Source: Escherichia coli
Lineage (GTDB): Bacteria; Pseudomonadota; Gammaproteobacteria; Enterobacterales; Enterobacteriaceae
Direction: 5' to 3' (one strand)
DNA length: 64,000 bases
NCBI RefSeq assembly: GCF_003991155.1
Contig: NZ_CP031293.1
Shown piece after piece: positions 1-9,060 of the stretch. The notes under the pieces are model-generated. The model did no database searches. It worked only from the letters and a program-made list of their open reading frames with translations, and had not been told where the DNA came from. The position numbers were made by a program, and so were the translations under genes. Every line of letters begins with the position of its first letter. Positions within the stretch are counted from its first letter, which is position 1.

Positions 1-567
1 AGCACTTTTTCTGATCCAAAGAACTAGTAAAACTGGTAACAGGCCTATAAAAAAAGAGTTTCTCCATCCATATACTTCAGCAAACTGAGGGATTATTTGT
101 GCCGCAATAATATTTCCAACAGAAAAACCACTTACCAAAAAAGCACTAGCTTTAGATTGAAGATTTTTAGGCCAACTTTCTACTGCATAAGTTGAAGCAC
201 ATGCATATTCACCAGACATCCCTAAGCCAACAATAAAACGGCAAACTGCGAGCATATATAAGTTTGTAGCAATACCGCTAAGGCCTGTTCCGACTGAGTA
301 AATGATAATTGCCCACATCATCATTGGCTTACGCCCATATTTATCAGCCATGGCACCAAAAAAACCGCCCCCAATAGGTCTGGCTATGAAGGCCACTGTC
401 CCTATTAAAGTGGCCTGAATATCCGTAATGCCAAGATCTGCTTTTATAATATGAAGAATGTAAAATATCATCATAAAATCAAAGCCATCAAATACATATC
501 CAAGCCATGCAGAAAAAAGAGCTTTCCGTTGTGGTGGATTAACTTGTTTATACCATACTGTTGCCAT
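1..567 (-). CDS. yjhB: MFS transporter, NanT paralogue (YjhB/NanX-like sialic acid family); N-terminal 189 codons only, gene runs off the window start
   Basis: Reverse-strand ORF starting ATG at 565-567 (MATVWYKQVNPPQRKALFSAWLGYVFDGFDFMMIF...); RBS AGGAAAC upstream; closely resembles the NanT/YjhB N-terminus; NanR operator upstream. Confidence 0.75.
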   Translation of the reverse strand, partial: MATVWYKQVNPPQRKALFSAWLGYVFDGFDFMMIFYILHIIKADLGITDIQATLIGTVAFIARPIGGGFFGAMADKYGRKPMMMWAIIIYSVGTGLSGIATNLYMLAVCRFIVGLGMSGEYACASTYAVESWPKNLQSKASAFLVSGFSVGNIIAAQIIPQFAEVYGWRNSFFIGLLPVLLVLWIRKSA

Positions 568-977
568 ATTTGTTTCCTGTGTTATTCTAATACAGCCCTT
601 AAAGTAAATATTAGGGAGCCTCAACAATATCCAGCAATAATTATATTGTCTTCAAATACGCCAGTACTATTAATTGTTATCAATACCTAATCAGTACAAT
701 CTTTTTCTCCATTTCTTCTTAACATATTTCACGCTATGAAAGATAAAACTGATACCCACCTTCAGTTTTGGGTCACCATCAAAAAAAATGTTCGCCAGAT
801 ATTCCACCACTGGCACAGTTCAACCCTGCTTCAAAAATTGACTTATTCATTGTGCTCATTTTCGTAGTCCGTTCAGGTTGAATAAAACTCCCTTAGTCAA
901 ATGAGGAAAGACTGAGAGGTTATTACTTTAGCTTACGTTATAGCTGTTTTCCTTTGCAGTATTTCTTTGCTTTTCTG

Positions 978-1000
978 TATACCTTTATACCTGTTATACC
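978..1000 (-). promoter_or_regulatory. NanR operator: three GGTATA repeats (GGTATAACAGGTATAAAGGTATA on the minus strand)
   Basis: Plus strand reads TATACCTTTATACCTGTTATACC, the exact reverse complement of the nan operator; lies about 410 bp upstream of the transporter start. Confidence 0.7.
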
Positions 1001-1596
1001 AGATCAAAAAACAAGCAATCCACATAACAAAACGCGTTTTGTTACTGATGTCACAAATTGAGCATATTTTTGTATCTGATAGTTTGTTACAAACACCACA
1101 ACCAAGATGCCTATTTCGTTTCAGCATCAACTGTTAAATTATCTGGTTGCCAACGAGAATACTGAGCTTTTTTGTCCCTAAGACTGACCGTCAACGCAAC
1201 AATCTTTGACTGTTTGACATTGTCATGCCCGCAGGCCAGCGGATCTAAAGACATCAGACTGCTTGCATCAGCCAGTTGCGTATCTGGCTATGTCCCTTAA
1301 TTGGTAAGGGTTCGAGGAACTCAACATTAACGCATTTTTCAGCGCATCACCGACAGTGTATATGAACGATTGCACTCTGACGATGGTTGATTTATTTGGT
1401 TGCATAGGGGCTAGCTAGTCTGGTACCGGAGGCTGGATCTGAAGTACTGACCCTAGGAATAACGCCGGGCTGACTCATATTCTGACCCATTGTCAGCCCG
1501 CGTGTTTACTGCTCTAGCTCATTTCCTGTTGTCAGGCATTCAATTCCCAACTGCAGGTTATGGCCCGGTGAGCGAACACCTGACGGCAGGTATCAC

Positions 1597-1770
1597 TCAC
1601 CCGGAGAAGGTAAATCCCTCAAGGGGCAGCAACTCTGCCAGTCGCTCCTCCGGCCACTCCGGCAGACGTGTCAGGACGTCTGTCAGCCAGGCATGTGGCT
1701 CCAGACCGTTGCGTTTCGCGGTTTCCAGCAAGCTCATTATTTGCGCAGCGCGTTCTCCCGCCATACGACA
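1597..1770 (-). pseudogene. IS66-family transposase (TnpC) C-terminal remnant
   Basis: Minus-strand translation ...AGERAAQIMSLLETAKRNGLEPHAWLTDVLTRLPEWPEERLAELLPLEGFTFSG* matches the TnpC C-terminus (compare the intact copy at 13952..15523); no upstream portion present. Confidence 0.6.
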
Positions 1771-1779
1771 GCCGTCAGA

Positions 1780-3642
1780 GCAGTGCGTCAGCGGGCGGCA
1801 GTTTTACCTGGGGTGCTGGCAGAGGTGGTTATGGCAGCGCCAGCCGCGATAATATCCACAGCAACTATGATTCCGTTAATGAGCAGAGCGGTATTTTCGC
1901 AGGCCGGGGTTATTTTGATATCACTGTGGGGAATCACACTCAGCTCGATGGTGCGGTGATTGCTTCGACAGCACCTGCCGACAGGAACTCGCTGGACACC
2001 GGTACTCTGGGCTGGTCGGATATCCATAACCAGGCAGACTATAAAGCCAGCTATACCGGAATCAGTTTATCGGGTGGCTCAGGGATGTCAGCCAGCCAGA
2101 TGGTGGCCTCAAATGCAATAGCCGGTGCGGCGAACGCACTTACCGGTATGTCCGGCAGCAGTGGACATGCTGAAGGTACCACGTCATCCGCCATCAGCGG
2201 CGGAAATCTCATTATCCGTGATAAGGAGAGTCAGAAGCAGGATATTGCCGGGCTCAGCCGGGACCCGGAAAACGCCAACGGCAGCATTGCACCGATATTT
2301 GACAAGGAGAAAGAACAGAAGCGTCTGCAGGAAGCGCAGGTTATCAGCCAGATTAGCGGTCAGATGAGTAATATCGTAATGACGTATGGCGAAACTGAAG
2401 CGATGAAAGCAGCCTGGAAAGAGCATCCTGGCATGAGCGATGCACAGTTGCGGGAGACTCCGGAATACAGAGAGGTCATGAAAGGCTACGGTACGGGCAG
2501 TTCGCCGCAGATGGTGGTACAGGCCATCACGGGCGTGCTGGGCGGACTGAATGCAGGGAACCCGGGGCAGGTATTGGCGGGCGGTCTGAATCCGGCAGTG
2601 GCACAGCTTATAAAACAGTCCACCGGCGATAACCGGGAAGCAAACCTGATGGCTCACGCAGTCTGGGGTGCACTTGCCGCACAACTGGGCGGAAACAATG
2701 CGGCTTCCGGTGCTGCTGGGGCATTCAGTGGTGAACTTGCAGCCTGGTATATCATTGATAACTACTACGGTGGTCGTACCGATAACCTGAGTGAACAGGA
2801 ACGTCAGCAAATCAGCATGCTGGCCACCATTGCCTCTGGTATTGCGGGGGGACTTGCAGGCAACAGTACGGCGTCTGCCGGTACGGGTGCACAGGCAGGA
2901 ACTCGGCTGAAAACAATATGCTGAACGTGATAGCCACTGAAACAGCAGCTAATACGGCAGCAGCAATAGCTGGTGCTACAGGTAATGCCAGTAAGGATAC
3001 CGGGAATGATAATAGCTGGGATACCGGTGGTGTTACGCTGGCTACGGGAACAGTGTGCTGTACGTGATCCGAGTCGCGATGGCACCCGAGGACCGGGGCA
3101 TGTGCTGAATGGCGACAATACAGACGGAAACAAACAGCCGAATCTGGGCAAAGACGTAGCGAGCGCAACGGATAAGGATAAAGCTGAGCTTGGTGGTGCA
3201 GGTGCTGGAATACCGGGGGGGATGGGGACCGGATAATGAAGAAAAAGCCCGTCATCAGGAGGTTCAGCAACAACGATTTGATGAACTGAGTAAAATATAT
3301 GATAAAAGTCACCCGGCCGGAGAGTTAACGGTGGATGGGCAGACTATCAGGCAGAGTTCGGTAAGTAACCGTTATGGTACGACGAAAGTGTTTGAAAGCC
3401 AGACTTTGACGGATAAACAGATCCACAATTACGCACAGCAACTGGCAGGCGATACACCGCTGAAAGAGGTAAAATCGGGAATCTACACGTCTAAACTATC
3501 AGATGGTTCGGTAATAACACTTAGAAACATATCTACATCAGAAGGTCAGACAGGCGCTCGTTGGACTATAGATATTCGTAATAACCAAAAGCTTACTGAA
3601 CTGGGGAATAAATATTCACGTGTGGAGATTAAGTTCAAATGA
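1780..3642 (+). pseudogene. cdiA: Orphan cdiA-CT module 1: 5-prime-truncated CdiA fragment with C-terminal toxin domain, interrupted by at least two frameshifts
   Basis: ORF 1668..2924 encodes a Gly/Ala-rich CdiA pretoxin region; (A)ENN motif at 2906..2917 is in a different frame; toxin ORF 3190..3642 in a third frame; homopolymer G7 at 3214..3220; left end abuts the IS66 remnant. Confidence 0.7.
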
Positions 3643-3995
3643 TTACTGAGTTAAGTGAAAGAGAATACAAGGAGTTGACAGACGCTGCAGAGGGACAGAC
3701 TCTTGATGCTATTTTGTGTTATTCAGTTCCTGATATTCACCCTGCAGAGTTTAGTTTTGCAGATAGAAGAGAAATCTTTTTTTGGGCATTAACCCGTCTT
3801 CTGAAAGAAGGGCGTATCAAACTCGCCAAGCACGGTAAGTTTTTGGAAGGAAGTGTTGACGAGCAGGTTGAGCGTTTTCGACAGGCATTTCCGAAAACAG
3901 AAGAAGAGATGGAAGACGGTATCTGGTTTTTTGATGAGAGTTGTCCGGGGGGGGCTGTTTGGGTGCTTGAAGATGGCTCTCTCGAATGGACCTGA
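3639..3995 (+). CDS. cdiI: CdiI-type immunity protein for module 1 (118 aa, intact)
   Basis: Start overlaps the toxin stop (ATGA at 3639-3642); small acidic AT-rich ORF immediately 3-prime of a CdiA-CT domain. Confidence 0.65.
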   Translation: MITELSEREYKELTDAAEGQTLDAILCYSVPDIHPAEFSFADRREIFFWALTRLLKEGRIKLAKHGKFLEGSVDEQVERFRQAFPKTEEEMEDGIWFFDESCPGGAVWVLEDGSLEWT

Positions 3996-5112
3996 TAACC
4001 CCTTCACAGCGCAGGATGCGGCGCAGCGAGCGTATAACAACGATATGGCGGCCTCAGTTTTTGGTACCGGAGGGAACGATACAGGCTACAACGGCAGCGG
4101 TACAGGGACTGGCCGGCGGTAATCTGAGTGCAGCCCTGGCAGGTGGTGCAGCACCGTATCTGGCCGAAGTGGTGAAAACCATGACCACAGACCCGGTTAC
4201 CGGTGAGGTGAATAAGGCTGCAAATGTGGCTGCTCATGCCGTGGTGAATGCCGCACTGGCTGTGGCACAGGGAAATAACGCTCTTGCCGGTGCTGTAGGT
4301 GCAGCCACCGGCGAGGTGGTGGGAATGATAGCCACACAGATGTACGGTAAGCCGGTGAGTGAACTGAGCGAGACAGAGAAGCAGACGGTCTCGACACTGG
4401 CAACGGTTGCTGCTGGCCTGGCCGGTGGTCTGGTGGGCGACTCGGGGCTTCAGCGGTAGCCGGCGCACAGTCAGGTAAGACGACTGTTGAGAATAATTTA
4501 CTTGGCGGTAGTGAAGATGCTCAGGCTGCGTGGATACGCCAGCATGGTATCGACATGGCAACATGTGCAGAAAACCCTTCTGGTGCCGCCTGCCAGAAAG
4601 CAATGAATGAGAGGGATGCTGTAGGGCTGGCTCTGGCAACAGGTACAGTGGCACTACTCCCCGGTAGTGCTCAGGCTGTGTGGGGACTGGGAGCAAGTGC
4701 GAATGCTGGTATCAGTTATCTGGCTGATGGTACTGTAGATCCGACAAACGCAGCCATTGCAGGCTGGGTGAATGTGTTCAGCATGGGTAATGGCCTGGCG
4801 GGGACTGTGGGCTGGAATGCGGCAGGTGGTGCGCTGGGTAACTGGATTGACAACAAAGATCCTCTGTCTGGTGCAATTTCAAATGGTATCGGTTCTGCTG
4901 CCGGGTATGGTATCGGTAAAGGTATTACTTGGGGGACAGATAATATTACGAATGCTGTAGGAAAATGGGTGACAAATGGCTGGGATCCTAAGTACGATCC
5001 AACATGGATAAAATATGCTGAAGTAAATCGTAACGATATCATTCGAGAAGGCATGAAACCGAGCAATGTTCTTGGAACTGCTGGAGATATTGGCGGTTCT
5101 ATAGGATCCTAG
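3986..5112 (+). pseudogene. cdiA: Orphan cdiA-CT module 2: CdiA pretoxin fragment, VENN motif, Gly-rich C-terminal toxin domain; frameshifted; no immunity ORF downstream
   Basis: ORF 3986..4459 (..[10 protein letters not shown]..) then frame change; GKTTVENNLLGG at 4474..4506 (VENN 4486..4497) in frame with ORF 4555..5112; nothing coding in 5113..5230. Confidence 0.7.
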
Positions 5113-5230
5113 CTAGGTGGAAAAGTAACTTAGTCTGCAAGGATCAGGAGTTACAGACGGCATTGGCTTTACGCTTACCGTTTTTTTACGCGCCAGAACA
5201 AGACTATGATAGCGTTGCCCTTATAGACGA

Positions 5231-5644
5231 TCACATTATCGTCCACTCCGACTTTGCGCAACTACTGTAGAGTGGTGTACTCCGCGGCTTCTTTGAGGAT
5301 CTCAACTTCCATGTTTTTTTACCCAGCAAGGGCTGTAACTCTTTTATTTTTATAGCGGCAGCCAGTTCTGAGGCAGGAACAACATCCTCTCCGGTAGTAA
5401 CAGCAGCGAGACTTCCTTCCAGGTATTGTTTTTTCCACTTAAACAACAGACTGGGCTGAATACCATGCAAATGCGCCACATGGGACACCCTCATGCCAGG
5501 CTCCGTTGTCTGCTGAATAATGGCAATTTTTTCCTGAGGAGTTTTACGTTTACGAAGCTCCTGCCCCAGCAAAGTTCCAGTTATCTCAAAATTAGAACTA
5601 GTGTTAGACATATATCCAAGCCTATCTCTTATTTTAAGATACAT
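5231..5644 (-). mobile_element. IS transposase OrfA-like HTH protein (IS66/IS3-type accessory protein), solitary, with a frame change at an A7 run
   Basis: ..[78 protein letters not shown] then out of frame; a -1 shift at the A7 run (plus-strand T7 at 5315..5321) restores the conserved ending [16 protein letters not shown]; no cognate transposase ORF adjacent. Confidence 0.6.
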
Positions 5645-5671
5645 CCACTGTCTGGCGTTTCAAGGGGCGCT

Positions 5672-6049
5672 TCAAGTTTTTTCAGACAGTTGAACTAGTA
5701 TACCAATACATTCTTGTTCAGCATCAATGATACATGCTTGGTATGTCGGGAAAAAAACAGAGGTTTCTTTTACAATATATCCACAATCATAACATTGATA
5801 CCATTTCCAGCCTTTTTCCTGAATATAGGAAATATGTAGAAAAAGTGGCAAGACCGATTCGTCTGAGTATCCCTGTTTTTTAGCATTTTCAATGCATAAC
5901 AATTGCGAATTATATGCGTTATCTGATTGAGACAAAAGATATCCATTTTTCTCATGACAATACCATCTCCATTTATTGTCATCAGTCTTATAAAATTTCC
6001 ATATTAATCTCTGATTTCCAGATATCTTATAAATCATAATATACTCCAC
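5672..6049 (-). CDS. Hypothetical protein (125 aa), AT-rich; weak resemblance to DUF1508/YegP-type repeat
   Basis: Intact ORF; sequence KFYKTDDNKWRWYCHEKNGYLLSQSDNAYNSQLLCIENAKKQG loosely resembles the YegP-family motif; no function assignable. Confidence 0.4.
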   Translation of the reverse strand: MEYIMIYKISGNQRLIWKFYKTDDNKWRWYCHEKNGYLLSQSDNAYNSQLLCIENAKKQGYSDESVLPLFLHISYIQEKGWKWYQCYDCGYIVKETSVFFPTYQACIIDAEQECIGILVQLSEKT

Positions 6050-6079
6050 TCCCCAAGGAGACGGCCCTGGGGAAGGTAA

Positions 6080-7444
6080 TCAGTGTTCTTTTATATATGC
6101 GGCTCTGTGACGTTCAAGTTCAATTGCACCACGATGTGATAACCAGCAGAAAATGATGCAACAAATAATACCGCAGCCAAGAAGATAAAATCCGCCATGC
6201 CAGCCAATATGATCGACCATAATACCAAACAGGCTGGTGCCCAGAGACGCACCGAAGATATAGCTCATAAAACCGCGTAAGCCTACTGCAGAACCAACAG
6301 CAAAGCTGGGAACGATCTCCATAGTCTGAACGGAAGCCAGAAATTGTGGAACGTAAATCAGGCAACCAACAATGGCAGCAAAAATTGTCACCATAAACAG
6401 CGATTCACTTTTCCAGTAGCCAATCAGGCAAATGAAAATCAGCGCCATACAAATCATCGCCAATGGCATACGACGCCCTTTAAACAGTTTGTCTGACAAC
6501 CAACCGGCAAGTAGCGTGGAAGGGATTGCGGCCCATTCAAAAAATAAAAACGCGACGCTCATTTGTTCTTTAGAAAAATGTTTCACCGTCAGCAGATAAA
6601 TAGGCAACCAGCTAATCATCCCGAAGCGTACCATGTATACAAATACGTCAACCAGTGAGACATACCAGGCATTTTTATTGCGTAATACATAAGTGCAGAA
6701 AATCTGAAAGGCACTCATGTTTTCTGGTGCTTTTACCGTCTGTCGGGTATTCAGGACGACTTTTTCTTCCGGCATCATCTCTTCCAGAGAGGGTAGACCT
6801 TCCTGACGTGGGGAACCTTTACCGAGAATCAGCACAATTACCGCAAAAACGATGGCCACGCAGGCCGGAACGATATAGCTCGCACTTTGCCAGTGCTCGC
6901 TGCCGAGTAGGGCAAAAGCGGCACCAACAATGGGTGCAACAATACCACCACCGACGTTATGAGAGATATTCCAGAAAGCACCAACCCGACCACGCTCCCG
7001 GCGAGGGAACCAGTTAGCAATAGTGATGAAAGAAGGACCAACGCCCATTCCCTGGAAAAGACCATTCAGAATAACCAATACCGCAAAAATCCAGAATGCG
7101 GTGCTGAATCCCAGGCCAACGTTAACGATGGCACATAACACCAGCCCACACGCCATAAAGACTTTCGGACTGGCTTTATCGGCAAGGCTACTCATCACTC
7201 CTTTGCTGATACCATAGGCGATAAGCATACAGCTACTCAGTACGCCAATTTGTGTGGCGCTGAGATCTAATTGCTCTTTAAGATAAGGCGTCGATAAGGT
7301 GAAATTATTACGCACGATATAGTATGCAAGATACCCCAGAAATACACTAAGTAACGCCTGCATACGATAGCGACGATATGTCACCTGAATTTTCTCCGCC
7401 GGAACACTATCCGCCGCTTGCCCCGTTTTAAATATTGATAACAT
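6080..7444 (-). CDS. pgtP: Phosphoglycerate transporter PgtP (organophosphate:phosphate antiporter, UhpT/GlpT family)
   Basis: 454-aa ORF with 12-TM MFS features and close match to remembered Salmonella PgtP; divergent from pgtCBA. Confidence 0.85.
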   Translation of the reverse strand: MLSIFKTGQAADSVPAEKIQVTYRRYRMQALLSVFLGYLAYYIVRNNFTLSTPYLKEQLDLSATQIGVLSSCMLIAYGISKGVMSSLADKASPKVFMACGLVLCAIVNVGLGFSTAFWIFAVLVILNGLFQGMGVGPSFITIANWFPRRERGRVGAFWNISHNVGGGIVAPIVGAAFALLGSEHWQSASYIVPACVAIVFAVIVLILGKGSPRQEGLPSLEEMMPEEKVVLNTRQTVKAPENMSAFQIFCTYVLRNKNAWYVSLVDVFVYMVRFGMISWLPIYLLTVKHFSKEQMSVAFLFFEWAAIPSTLLAGWLSDKLFKGRRMPLAMICMALIFICLIGYWKSESLFMVTIFAAIVGCLIYVPQFLASVQTMEIVPSFAVGSAVGLRGFMSYIFGASLGTSLFGIMVDHIGWHGGFYLLGCGIICCIIFCWLSHRGAIELERHRAAYIKEH

Positions 7445-7535
7445 GTCTTCACCTGTATTTTATATTGATATGAACACTTGGAGTATTCTGACAATGAGAG
7501 TTATATAATTGAGATGAAACATCAAACTGAAAAAA

Positions 7536-7553
7536 TGTGTCACAATTGACACA
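7536..7553. promoter_or_regulatory. Perfect inverted repeat TGTGTCA-caat-TGACACA in the pgtP/pgtC divergent intergenic region (candidate operator)
   Basis: Read directly from sequence; 7-bp arms, 4-bp spacer. Confidence 0.3.
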
Positions 7554-7842
7554 AATTAATAAAATCAAAGCCTGTTTTTGACCCATTTTATTGATGCATA
7601 GACAGGGTAGATTTATGCTTTATCTGTTTTATTGTTAGCATGTGCGGATATTAACAAATCTCATGCTGATTATCGGGTAATCACTGATTAATATATTAAC
7701 GCTCTCTTTGAGCAGATGTGTTATCAGACGAAGTGTCTGAAACGGGTAATTTTTGTCTCAATGCGATTTTTGCGGTGTATTAATATTTATGACCTGGATC
7801 ACAAACCGATTTTTTAGCTGGTGCGAAATCGGCATCAAAACC

Positions 7843-9060
7843 ATGATTCTTTTACTGTTGTTGATGGATACCGGGGCCGTCAGGGCTCAACGAAATGAAC
7901 TGGTGATGGCCACCACATTCTCACCCGGAGCTACCGCGTGGATAATACAGCGCTGGCAAACAGAGCCTGAGTCGGTAATGATCCGTACGCTTAACCGCAC
8001 CAGTGCCTCACTGGAACAGTTGCTTGATACGGCCAACGTAGAAAACGTCGATCTGATCCTGACTTCATCACCAATGCTGCTCCAGCACCTTCAGGAGCAC
8101 CAGAAACTTGCCCCGTTTGATGATGCACCCGCAGAAAGCCAAAATCTGGTGCCGGAGTCGATCCGTGCAACCTCCGTTGCAGTAGCAATATCAGGTTTTG
8201 GTCTGCTCATTAATCGTCCGGCGCTTTCTGTAAAACACCTTCCTGCCCCTGCTGACTGGGACGATCTTGCTTTGCCGATCTATCAGGACGCTTTATTGAT
8301 GAGTAGTCCGTCGCGTTCAGATACTAACCATTTAATGGTTGAGTCATTACTACAGCAAAAAGGCTGGGTGAAAGGATGGGAAACGTTGCTGACAAGTGCA
8401 GGAAACCTGGTGACAATCTCCTCCCGCAGTTTTGGCGTAGCCGATAAAATAAAAAGCGGACTCGGCGTTGCCGGCCCCGTTATCGATAACTATGCTAATT
8501 TACTGTTAAATGACCCCCATCTCTCTTTTACCTATTTCCCCCGGTCTGCGGTATCTCCCACCTACGTTGCAATTCTCAAGAAAAGCCCACACGCCGATGC
8601 AGCCCGTCGCTTTATTCACTACCTGTTAAGTCCGAAAGGACAGCGTATTCTGGCCGATGCCAATACAGGAAAATATCCGGTGACACCACTTGCCGCAGAC
8701 AACCCGCGGGCAACGCAACAACAGCTCCTGATGAATCAACCCCCGCTGAATTATCACCTTATCCTGAAACGTCAGCGTCTGGTGCAGCGCTTGTTTGATA
8801 CGGCAATTAGCTTTCGGTTAGCACAGCTAAAAGATGCCTGGCGAGCGCTGCACAGTACCGAGGCACGCCTGAAGAAACCATTACCAGAAATACGTGCACT
8901 GTTAACACAAGTGCCCGTTGCAGCGGCCAGCAGTGAAGATCCCTTCTGGCTGGCACAGTTCGATAACAAAAGCTTTGCCGAGCAGCAAATGATGGAATGG
9001 CAACTCTGGTTTCTGAATAACCAGCGCCTGGCGATAAAAAAACTGGAAGAGCTGAAATGA
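7843..9060 (+). CDS. pgtC: PgtC, phosphoglycerate transport regulatory protein (periplasmic-binding-protein-like)
   Basis: ORF 7753..9060; likely start at internal Met 7843 before a signal-peptide-like segment (MILLLLLMDTGAVRA); stop overlaps pgtB start; start uncertain. Confidence 0.7.
   Translation: MILLLLLMDTGAVRAQRNELVMATTFSPGATAWIIQRWQTEPESVMIRTLNRTSASLEQLLDTANVENVDLILTSSPMLLQHLQEHQKLAPFDDAPAESQNLVPESIRATSVAVAISGFGLLINRPALSVKHLPAPADWDDLALPIYQDALLMSSPSRSDTNHLMVESLLQQKGWVKGWETLLTSAGNLVTISSRSFGVADKIKSGLGVAGPVIDNYANLLLNDPHLSFTYFPRSAVSPTYVAILKKSPHADAARRFIHYLLSPKGQRILADANTGKYPVTPLAADNPRATQQQLLMNQPPLNYHLILKRQRLVQRLFDTAISFRLAQLKDAWRALHSTEARLKKPLPEIRALLTQVPVAAASSEDPFWLAQFDNKSFAEQQMMEWQLWFLNNQRLAIKKLEELK

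Noticed and set aside
451-690. 79-aa plus-strand ORF
   Set aside because: Overlaps the start and RBS of the minus-strand MFS transporter; Cys-rich low-complexity translation.
2184-3312. Minus-strand ORFs (208, 166, 115 aa) inside the first cdiA fragment
   Set aside because: Antisense frames within Gly/Ala-rich repetitive coding sequence; compositional artefacts.
4004-4696. 230-aa minus-strand ORF inside the second cdiA fragment
   Set aside because: Antisense to the CdiA pretoxin/VENN region; Cys/His/Arg-rich artefactual translation.
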